This document shows, piece by piece, positions 53,671 through 64,000 of a stretch of DNA of 64,000 nt; the stretch's first letter is position 1; every line of letters begins with the position of its first letter. Below the pieces are notes generated by a model that was not told the DNA's origin, searched no databases, and saw nothing but the letters and a program-made list of their open reading frames with translations. The position numbers and the translations under genes were made by a program. This DNA is from Eledone cirrhosa (Eukaryota), in assembly GCA_964016885.1 (NCBI GenBank), contig OZ024740.1, positions 30,318,001 through 30,382,000 of the forward strand, given 5' to 3'.

Positions 53671-54339
53671 AATGATGATGATGAATCATATAGGAAATAA
53701 AATATATTGACCACAATAACACAACGCCTTATGTTACTAATTTATTAAATCCAACTTTCATCGAAGTTATATGACAATAAATGAAGGAAAAGTAAAGCTA
53801 GTTGAATTGTGTGATGTGTATCAAGTATGTGTATTTGTTGGCAAAAGTATTATTAAATTGACAAGTGTTTCATCTGCTTGCAATGTGGATTATTACTTAG
53901 AAAGAAATAGATTCTACCAGGATCATATGTCTTAGATCAAAATTCTCAATGAAGGGGGGGGGGGGGGGGGGGGGCTGGAAGGCTCTTTACTTTGGTAAGT
54001 TTTATAAGCCATATTTGTATGTCTTTGAGACAGCCAGTGTGAATGCATTTGAAAGAGCTTGCAGACAGCATAACTATAGTCTGACCACAGCTCTGAGCAG
54101 GTGTGCAGGCGTGTCTAGACATTAACCAGTAATTGAGATCCTAAAAATGAAAATACCCACAGTCAACTGCGTCAAGGACACTTTGAGCGCAGCCAGTTAG
54201 AATCTTATCTTTCCTTCACTGATAACAATGTATTTCATGTCTGAAATTATTGACTCAACCGTAACGAGTTAACACTATGTAGATCTATTTTATTCCCTAT
54301 TGTATAAATAATATTACAAATAAAAAAAATAATAAAAAC

Positions 54340-54746
54340 ACAGAAGCGGGTAGCACACACATCTAGGACCACATAAAACACACAGGCAGGTAATACATAC
54401 ATCTAGGACCACATACAACACATAAGCATGTAATACAAACATCTAGGACCACATACAACACGTAAGCAGGTAATACACACATCTAGGACCACATGCAACA
54501 CATAAGGAGGTAGCACACATACATCTAGGACCACATACAACACATAAGCATGTAATACAAACATCTAGGACCACATACAACACGTAAGCAGGTAATACAC
54601 ACATCTAGGACCACATACAACACACAAGCAGGTAATACATACAGCTGGGACCACATGCAATACATAAGCAGGTAATACATACATCTAGGACTACATACAA
54701 CACACAGGCAGGTAATACATACATCTAAGACCAAATACAACACACA
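54340..54746. repeat. ~41-bp minisatellite (~10 units) abutting the hAT transposase
   Basis: Unit acatctaggaccacatacaacacataagcaggtaatacac. Confidence 0.9.
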
Positions 54747-56461
54747 TTGTATCATGTGCTACGGACGATGCAAGAGCAATGGTCGGTCAACATAAGGGTT
54801 TCGTCACTCTTCTGAAGAGAGAAAATCTATCTGTATTTGCTGTTCATTGTCATTCATCGACAACACTTGGCTGCGAAGAAATTCAGCAAGCCTCTGAGCA
54901 AGTCCTTGCAGGTGGCCATTGATGTCACCAATTTTATCAAACGGCATTCCCTCAATGAACGAATTTTACAGCAACTGTGCCAAGATAATGACGAAGAATT
55001 CGTCAAGTTGCTCCGTCATACTGAAATCAGGTGGCTTTCAAAGGGCAAGTGCTTTACTCACTTCTTTGAACTCTTCGACTCTATCATTGAGTTTCTGCGA
55101 GGACGCAACACAGAACTGTACAAGAAAACCCTCAATGTGAGGCAAGACTGCGCCTACCTCACTAACATCTTCGACAAATGCAATAGTGGCATTTTGGCTT
55201 TGCAGGGGAAGAAGATCACCTTGCTTAAAGCAAGGAATGCTGTGAAAACATTCCTGGCCAAATTGAATGTCATCGAAAGGAATCTTTGTTGACGGGAATT
55301 CTATAATTTTCCTAGTGTTGCCAATGTTCAAAACATTGTAAGCGATGACCAACTCCAAATTTATACCACTCACCTCCGTGCGCTACAAGACAACATGAGA
55401 GAACGGTTTGTCGACCTTTTGCCGATGAACATCCCAATGTGGATAGCAGATTCCTTCATAGCTAACGTCGACGATTTGGACATTAAATTTCAGGAAGAAT
55501 TCATTGAACTTCGAGCAGATGACATGATCAAAATTAGATTTCCCAAATAGGTGAACCCCTTTTTGGGATACAAGAGGAAATTCAGCGTTGATTTCCACAC
55601 CAACATGCAGAGGCTAAGAGATTTGCTCTGCCTTTTCCAAGCTCATACTTAGTTGAGAGGAGGTTTGGTGCTGTTTCCAGACTACACAGTAAGGCTACAA
55701 TGTAATTACACGTGGAGATCTCCGGCTTCATCTTAGGAAAATTCAGCCTCACGTCAAAGAGTTAGCTAGACTCCATGAAGATCAAGGGTCCAATTGAAAT
55801 GAGTCAAAGTTAAAATAAGTTGATTTATCCGAAAACTTGGATATGCTATTGTTACAAAGCAAACTAACAATTTTTTTATTTGTAGTTGCAGTCTGACTGG
55901 ACTGGAAACCATCTACTACAATTCAATTACTCATTTGTTGTATATATTTTACCATTTATTAATAAATATACCCTCCCGCATGGTCATGAAAACCCTCTTC
56001 TGTGGTCTCTAAGCTCACAAAGAAGAGGGGACATCAAGTTAGATATCAACATTTATTCTGTCCGTTTCATTAAAGGGAAAATTGGAAAGCTTTGAAATGA
56101 TATAATTGCCACTTTCTTCCAGATAAGAGCACTCTTTGGATAGACAGAGTTGCTCTTGTATAAACGTTCAAAATAGCTGGTATCGCCTGGTGGGAATATA
56201 ACAAATTCAACTGGTCCTTATTCATAAAAAAGAACATTTATGTTCCTTTTTTTGACATTTATATATTTCCTTTCAAGGAATGTATTTATACTCTCAGCTG
56301 CCTGCAATGGTATCTTTGGAATATTGTTAATCAATGTTTTAGTAATCGACTGATATCAAAATCAGTAGTATATTGAAAAAGGGAAAAATAGCGTAGGGGG
56401 GCGTTTCGTGATTTCAAGGGACAGAAGGGGGCGTTTGGCCTAAATGGGTTGAGAACCTGTG
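54747..56461 (+). mobile_element. hAT (Charlie/Buster-like) DNA transposon remnant with transposase pseudogene (54747-55797)
   Basis: CATDDARAMVGQHKGF, IHRQHLAAK, HTEIRWLSKG, AYLTNIF, FPSSYLVER, GDLRL with stops and frameshifts; 3' terminus aaatgggttgagaacctgtg. Confidence 0.88.
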
Positions 56462-56659
56462 TCTTAGATGTACTAACTACATAATCATTATCACCATCAT
56501 CATCAGCATCACCGTTTAGCATCAATTTTTCCATGCTAGCATGGGTTAGACGAGTTATCCTGTTGTGGGCAACGCTAGGTCAGGTGATCATGTCATGCTG
56601 ATACAGAACTGATTTTGATTGGTTTCTACAGCTGGATGCTCTTCCTAATGGCAACCTCA

Positions 56660-57005
56660 TTTACAGTGACTACTGGGTGTTTTTTGTTGTGACACCTACA
56701 TGACAACTTTACAGTGTGGACTGGGTGTTTTTTGTTGTGACACCTACATGACAACTTTACAGTGTGGACTGGGTGTTTTTTGTTGTGACACCTACATGAC
56801 AACTTTACAGTGTGGACTGGGTGTTTTTTATTGTGACACCTACACAACCACTTTAGTGTGGACTGGGTGATTTTTGTTGTGACACCCACGCGACCACTTT
56901 ACAGTGTGGACTGGGTGTTTTTTGTTGCGACACCTACACAACCACTTTATAATGTGGGCTGGGCGCTTTTTGTCGGGTTGCCATCACAACCACTTTACAG
57001 TGTGG
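56660..57005. repeat. 48-bp tandem repeat (~7 units) inside a SINE-type element
   Basis: tttacagtgtggactgggtgttttttgttgtgacacctacatgacaac. Confidence 0.88.
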
Positions 57006-58625
57006 GTTGGAGGCTTCACTAGATGTATGTGTGTGTAGGTGAAGGAGTGGGGTGGTGTATATTATACATATGCTTCATCTTCGGCCTGTACACGTGGGAA
57101 GTCAGGTCTTCTGTATTACTACATATAACAATATTTCCAGTGATGTCACTAAAACCTACAAGAATTATAAAACAAACTACAAGCAGAAAGTTCTGTAAAG
57201 TACTAATAATTTAGAAGCCTTGCAACAGGAAAAGCAGATGTTAAAATGACAAAAAATCAACAAAAAATACTTTAGGCTATTTGCTTTTATTAAAAAAATA
57301 CAAATCACAAAAATAAAATCATTTCATTCTGCTCATATTTTTTTTCTCAATTGCTGTCCATGTTATAAAGTCACATAAATATTTTTGTAAACTCCAATAC
57401 ATGCTTTAACTCTATGACCACGTTTCTAACGAGATACACTCTATTTTAATTAATTAATGAAGATTTTTTAGGGATTTACTAAAATTATTAATTATTTCAC
57501 TAAGATAGTAACTTAATGGAAGGTTCTTATATAAAATTATGTTGGAAGATTTTTTATTTAAATTAGAAACCTTTAAAATAGTTGGTTTTATTTAATTGAA
57601 CCAGAGATGGTTTCATTAAAATTATTAATTATTTCATTACTAAGATAGTAACTTAATGTAAGGTTCTTTTATAAAAATTATGTTGGAAGATTTTAATTTA
57701 AAGTGGATTCCTTTGAAATGGGTGGTTTTATTTCATAGAACCAGAGAGACTTTTGGCCTGGTTGGTAACAAAAAGGTTAATGTTCACTTTCCCTGAGTTG
57801 GATAGGTTGTCACAAACTGGTCTGTAGTGTAGGAGAGCTATGACCTCCCAGAGTTACTGGCCTGCATCTTGCTTACATATGTTCCCACACTTTATATTGA
57901 TTGCTCATACGGATTAAGAACCTGCATCTCACATACATTCCCTCATTCTACTAAGATGACTGTATTCATTGAACCAGAACCGCTGTCGGTTCACAGAATC
58001 CTAAGACAGATTTAGGAAACTACCAAGCCTGCCCTGTGTAAATTTGCAATAAATCCTATATCTCATCATCATCACCGTTTAGCATCCATATCTAAATGCT
58101 TGCATGGGTTAGACAGGTTGTCCACACAGAGAGGCAATTTTGGCCATGGTTGGCCATGTCGCACCTTGCTCTGGCGAGGACTGTAAATTTGACTGGGTAT
58201 TTTACAGCTGGATGTCCTTCCTAACACCAACCACACCAGTGTGGAACTATATATGATATTATCATTTATTTCATACTCAGGGTGTTTTGTTGGAGGTGCG
58301 TGTTAAATATATTATGTACTGCATTTTCTCCTCTATGACATTTGTCGGCCTCCCCTGACTGTGAAGTTGATGCAGTTGAAGTTCAGTTTTAATACTAAAA
58401 CATAGGTGGGGAGAAGGGAATTCCAGAGGGTGGCATTTCTGAGAAAGAAGGATTGGGAAATTGTTTACCTGGTTGGCTTGAGTGGAGAGGGTATACAGCC
58501 AGCTAGTTCAGGGGCCAATGTAGAAGCAGAGAGATGAAAGAGTACGTCTTGTGAGATAGACATTAATTAAGGCAATGTTGGTAAGTCCTTGCCAATTAAT
58601 AAATCATGTGATCTTATGATGCAGT

Positions 58626-58669
58626 TTAAGATGTCTTTGGTGTTTGCTTGAGTGAATGTAATAATATTC
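58626..58669 (-). CDS. MRM1: SpoU-type rRNA methyltransferase (MRM1-like), terminal coding exon
   Basis: ttttgtag acceptor; (G)ILLHSLKQTPKTS then TAA; completes SLNVSVATGILLH. Confidence 0.85.
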
Positions 58670-59003
58670 CTACAAAAGAAACAAAAAGAAGAAAAAAAAC
58701 AATAAGAAGAAAAAAAACAAGATTACAAAATGATATAGCAGCAAAGAATATATCTATATATAAATTTCTGCGATACTGTCACAACATGTAAAGAGAGAGG
58801 AGTAGTTTGACTACCTCGTACTACTCCTCTCTCTTTATGTCTGCTGTCTGTGTGAATGTGTGTGAAAGGAAGGAAGTGAGTGGTGAAAAAACTACGCTGT
58901 GTGTATGTTTGTGTAAATGTATGTCTGTGAGTGTGTATTTTTGTAAGTGTGTCTGTGTTTGCGTGTTTATATTCATATACTCATACATATAAATGATGCA
59001 TGG

Positions 59004-59039
<36 letters not shown>

Positions 59040-59187
59040 GTGTATGGAAAAAAATTCTAGTATTATATACACTTGTATATGAGTCACATCTTTTCCACAA
59101 AAATACATGAAAAATCCACCATGCAACTTATCTAACAGATCTACAAAACCTTCACTTTGAATATATGATATATTGTATGTTGTGTAC

Positions 59188-59511
59188 AAGGGCGAATTTA
59201 ATGAGGGGAAGGAGGCAAAGGGAGCAATTGCCCCAGGCCTCCTGCAGGGGTGGGGGGGGGGGGGGGCTCACCAGCGACGGTTATAGCAATTTATTTTTCC
59301 CATCAGCTGGGCTTTTTAGTTTTAGGATGGTTAGAATTTTTTAATTTAATACCTGTATGTATAACTTTTCAGTTCCAATTACTTGCACCAAGCTGACTTT
59401 GATATGTAAAATTGGGAGGAGAGGGATTGCTGTGTATTCTAATTCTATGTGTATGAGGGACCCCCGAAACCTGAAGTGCCCTGGGCACCCCAAGATCTGA
59501 ATCCAACCCTG
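59188..59511. mobile_element. Degenerate hAT-like MITE
   Basis: agggcgaattta ... tgaatccaaccctg ends; subterminal tgccccagg and tgccctggg. Confidence 0.45.
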
Positions 59512-60313
59512 CCCATTAGTATCCCGGTCTTTAGAATAGGCATGCCATATCCTAATGTGTTGTAAGAGGTGTTCACAACAGGAAGGGCATCTGGTTGTAA
59601 AACATTATCTCAAAATATCCTGTCCCATCCACAGGGTTGTAAAGCGGATGTAAAAACGATGATGATGACTGTAAATGTAATATATACATAGGTGTATATG
59701 GTGCAACTTGTACAGAGGTATATATGGTAATTTCACCTGATCTACACACATATCTTCAAAGGTATACCAGCTGTGATTTACTATACATTTTAAAGGTTTG
59801 GTTAAGATTACATTATCTGTTTTGTCTTTCCTATAAGAGAGTAGGGTTCGAGTTGAGGGATATTTGACTGCTATTTCTAGTAAGTTGGATGACCACAGAG
59901 TTTCTGTAATCAATGGTTGGTGGTAGCCTCTTATCCCTTTACCATTTACATTACTCTATATATACTATTGTATTTTCCTGATAAAGGCTTTATCTCACAT
60001 AATATCGAATCTCTGAGATTTTGATATTATTTATGTTGAGAACAATACCTTAACATCAGTATTATTGGCCAGTTACAGCCAGTTTAAACAGAAAGAGGTT
60101 TAAATGCTAAGGGGTTAAACTACTACAACAGCAGCTTCTCCTCTTTTGAACTAGCTGGGTGTACACTACTTTGATTTATACCAACTGCTTACACTTACTT
60201 ATAAACACCATAATAGGGACTTTCTTTTTAAATGTTAGCTGTCTTTTAGGACCAGGTCAACCCAGATCAACTAAACCTAGGAGGAGGAGGAGAAGAAGAC
60301 TGTAACTACTCAC

Positions 60314-60436
60314 CAGTGGCTACTGATACATTGAGGGAGTCAATATGAAGTTGATCACTGTCCACATAAGAAGGGACTGTCACCAGTTGATCACACAAGT
60401 CCAATAGCTGTTCAGAGACACCACTGCCTTCATTGC
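60314..60436 (-). CDS. MRM1: MRM1-like, 123-bp exon (phase 1 to 1)
   Basis: tttcag acceptor, gtgagt donor; (G)NEGSGVSEQLLDLCDQLVTVPSYVDSDQLHIDSLNVSVAT contains the SPOUT motifs GxExxG and SLNVS. Confidence 0.92.
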
Positions 60437-61144
60437 CTGAAATATATAAAAAGGAGTGATATGGTGAAGCAAATGTTCTAATGTTGTGGTTGTTTAGCCC
60501 CAGGCCGACCCTGACTGAGTAGACTTATGATCAAAGCTATGAGCATCCTATCATTCCTTAGCTATTCTCACCATCACTACACCTTCTCTAAAATCCTGGT
60601 GAGTCCCCTCCCTTACACCACTGGAGGTCATTCCTTACCGTTACTCATCCCCCTGTTATATCCCACAACATATATCATACACCTATATCATCATGCTTAT
60701 CTTCTCCCACCCCCAGGGCAGAAAGGGCTTTTCAATTGTTATATCCCACAACATATGTTCTACACCTAGAGCATCATACTTATCTTCTCCAACCCCCCTG
60801 TAGGGCAGCAAGGTCTTTACAGTTGAGACAATGACTGACAACCTCTCTGGTGTTGGTGGCATGAAAATACACCCAGTACAGACTTCAATGAGTTTGGAGA
60901 TAAGAAGCGCAGCCTGCTGTAAAATCCTTGCTAAAAACGGTTGAGGTAATCCGTCAGTAGTGTCAAAGACATGACAACCTCTCTAGTGTTGGTGATCTAG
61001 AAGATAAACCCACCCAGTACATGCTGTAAAGTGATTGGTGATAGGACCAGCACCAGTCATAGAAGCTTTGCCAAACAAAGGGCCAGGAGAACCCTTCAGT
61101 TGTGTCAAAGACATGACAACCACCCTAGTGGTAGTGATCTAAAA

Positions 61145-61690
61145 TAGCGGTCGCCAACTGGTGGTCTGCAGAAAAATTTGGGCATTGCAATTTTTATGTT
61201 TTATTAATAAAACAAAAATAATATTTGGTTAAAACATATTTTATAACACCCCTAAAAAATGTTTCTCCTCAGTAAAGAACTAACATCCATGAAATAATTT
61301 TGTATATATGTATCATCTATTGACAATATGACACAGGTACACTTCAGTATTGTTTAATAAAATGGAAGTTCTCTGATCAGTATTTTACAAATGTATTGGC
61401 GATGGATTGGCAGTATCAGTAGAGGGTCGGACGCCATGCTTTGCAGCAAAGAGTTACGGCCCTTTATGGGCTGAGTTCAAATCTCGCCGAGGCTAACTTT
61501 GCCTTTCATCCTTATGGGGTCGATAAAATAAAGTACCAGTAATACACTGGGATAATTGCTGGCTTTGTGCCAAAAGTAGAAACAATTATTTTACAAATGT
61601 ATTTATCTTTTTATAAAAATTCATATTAGTGGTCCACAGGATTTAAAATTATAAAATTATAAATGAGGTCTGAAAGATTGGTGACAACTG
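61145..61690 (+). mobile_element. hAT MITE with 8-bp TSD, containing a SINE
   Basis: TSD atctaaaa (61137-61144) and atctagaa (61691-61698); ends tagcggtcgccaa...ttggtgacaactg. Confidence 0.75.
61398..61586 (+). mobile_element. OK-like SINE with 17-bp TSD
   Basis: tattttacaaatgtatt at 61381-61397 and 61587-61603. Confidence 0.9.
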
Positions 61691-62552
61691 ATCTAGAAGA
61701 TAAATGCACCCAGTAAAGTGGCAGGTAATAGGAAGGGCATTTAGCTGTAGAAAACCTGACAAATAAAGAGTCAGGAAAACCCTTCAACTGTGTCAAAGAC
61801 ATAACAACCTCCCTAGTGTTCGTATCACAATAAAATGCACTTGGTAGAGCACGGGATGCTGGCCCCTGACTCATTTGTAAGGTCAGTAGCCCCATTGGTG
61901 TCATCATAAAATGCACCCACTACACTCTGAAAAGAGGTTGGCATTAGGAAGAACATCCAAAGAAAAAGCATATAGTTGCTTGAAATAAATGAGTTTTGAA
62001 AGGGTACACAAAGTGTCTCAAAATAGTGTCAGACATATATCTAAGATAAAAAATAAGAGTAAAGAATTAAGTTAAAATTACCAATCTGTAAAGTGGTCGT
62101 GTAGGTGACACAACAAAAAGCACCCAGTCCACACTGTAGAGTGGTTGTGTAGGAGACATGGTAAAAAGGCTCCCAGTCCACACTGTAAATATGGTTGGCA
62201 TTAGGATAGGCATCTAGCCATAGAAAACCTGCCAGAAAGAGTTCTATACGAGTGAGACATGGTCACCCGACCAATCTTGCCTCAAGTGGGACTACTCCTG
62301 TCTAATCCATGCTAGTGTGGAAGATAGACGTTAAACGATGATGATGACGATAGTAAAATAAGATAAAAAAAGATTGACAGTTTAAAAATAAACAGGGGAG
62401 CTAACCTCAACACTCCTTTAGTATGTGGAATTGTGTTATATAGGAGTGATTTGAATTTTTTTAACGTTTTATAAACAACTCTACTGTAAAATTACATTTC
62501 CATCAATTTATCCTAAGATAACATACAACCAAAATTGACTTGAGTTACTTAC

Positions 62553-62673
62553 CAACAATGAGTACGGTTGGTCCACTAAGGTTGGTATCTGTAACATGCT
62601 TCAAACACTTTCCCTCAAACTGACAATTTTCACCGACAGTTCCTAGGAGTTTCCATCCACATTTCTTCAGTTT
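62553..62673 (-). CDS. MRM1: MRM1-like, 121-bp exon (phase 0 to 1); upstream exons appear to lie beyond the window
   Basis: ttttcag acceptor, gtaagt donor; KLKKCGWKLLGTVG...GPTVLIV(G) joins in frame to GNEG. Confidence 0.9.
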
Positions 62674-62861
62674 CTGAAAATAATTTTAAAAAAAGGTATA
62701 TATATACATATCTGTTAGAACACGAAAAGTGTGAAACAACAGAATGTTCACTTTTCGTGTTCTAACATATATGCCTAACTTCTTCATAAATTTTCCAGGG
62801 ATAGCCGTGGTGGTGGTGATCGTATGTCATTGGCTAATTTTCAACCAATCAGAGTAAGTGT

Positions 62862-62915
<54 letters not shown>

Positions 62916-64000
62916 TATTCCCCCTCTCTCTATATATATCTTACGCTTTCGCTTTACACTCCTCCCCTTCAATAACACATTTCCCCCTCTCTATATATCT
63001 CTTATACTGTTACACTTATATTTCCATTTATTTATTACCCCCTCTCTCTATATCTCTTCCACTGTTACTTACGCCTGTTTCTCTCTATCTGTTCCGTCTC
63101 TATATATATCTCTCTTACTCTTTCGCTTTGCACTCCTCCCCTTCAATACCATCTCTCCCCCCTCTCTATATATTTGTTACTCTATCGCTGCACGCTCCTC
63201 TCTTTCAATATATCAATTACACACGCTTTACACTCCTTTATCCCCAGCGCCCCTATATATACACCCCCCCCCCCCCGCATCTATATTTTAATGTTCCGTT
63301 GCACCGTGAATATATGTGTCTATATATATATACATATATATTGTATATACACATTCATGTATGTGTATACACACTCATGTATGTATATACACTGGTTTTA
63401 TGTGTGTATTGTAAATTTGTACTGTTAAAACACGAAACTAACATTCGATTGACACTTTGATTACCTGTACAGGCAATAGTTATTAGAATGCTGTTGAAGT
63501 GTGTATATATTTTTGGGGGACATCCTGTATATACACACATTATATATAATACAATAAACAGATAAATACACACATATATATATGAGCTTATTTAATTATA
63601 AATATTGTGAATTTTTAACTCAGTTCAATTATATATATAAATGGCTTCTACAGGACTAGAACTGTTTCATTCGAAAGAAATCATCATAATATTGAGAGGG
63701 GGGACTAGATAAAATATTTCAAATCAAATGTGTATAAGTTATAAGTTAAAATGTATAAATAGAGACGATAGTGGAGGTATATCTGTTTAGTGGAACAGTA
63801 GACGATAGAATTAAATACAGACGAGAATCTCCCTTTAATGAAACAGCAGACGATAGAATTAAGGCAATTTAAATTTTAAGCATTTGCATTTTTGCCTTTC
63901 ATCGTTACGGGGTCGATAAAATAAAGTACCAGTAATACACTGTCACTATAAGTAGACGACTTTCAAATAGAATTGTTGGTTCCATTTCTTTAGTATTTTC

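Noticed and set aside
63465-63528. Possible further MRM1 exon (ag...gt bounded)
   Set aside because: No SpoU-like peptide; it begins tacaggatgtccc, resembling a Tc1/mariner-type terminus.

Overview
Repeat-rich, AT-rich eukaryotic DNA, very probably from an octopod cephalopod: it carries many copies of an octopus OK-like tRNA-derived SINE and long (TA)n tracts (lineage is an inference from repeat content). Two spliced host genes, both on the minus strand, can be reconstructed by hand with GT-AG boundaries and consistent phases. One is a ketohexokinase-like PfkB kinase (six exons, 35687 down to 22909; its first coding exon was not found). The other is the last three exons of a SpoU-type RNA methyltransferase, most like MRM1 (62673 down to 58626). 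The rest is repetitive: a >10.4-kb 45-bp satellite with higher-order structure, 30-bp and ~41-bp minisatellites attached to hAT elements, a full-length 4.2-kb Gypsy LTR element with a 5-bp TSD, near-complete RTE and CR1-like LINEs, Tx1 and REL-endonuclease LINE fragments, a hAT transposase pseudogene, MITEs, a probable non-autonomous Helitron and many SINEs. The least explained features are (i) two diverged copies of a ~610-620-nt non-coding element, each slightly longer than one monomer and inserted in (TA)n, which resembles a retrozyme or other circular-RNA-derived element; (ii) (TA)n-associated palindromic elements with hammerhead-like cores; and (iii) a Gypsy element with no tRNA-type primer-binding site. 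Nearly all long ORFs in the supplied track over satellites and microsatellites are artefacts.
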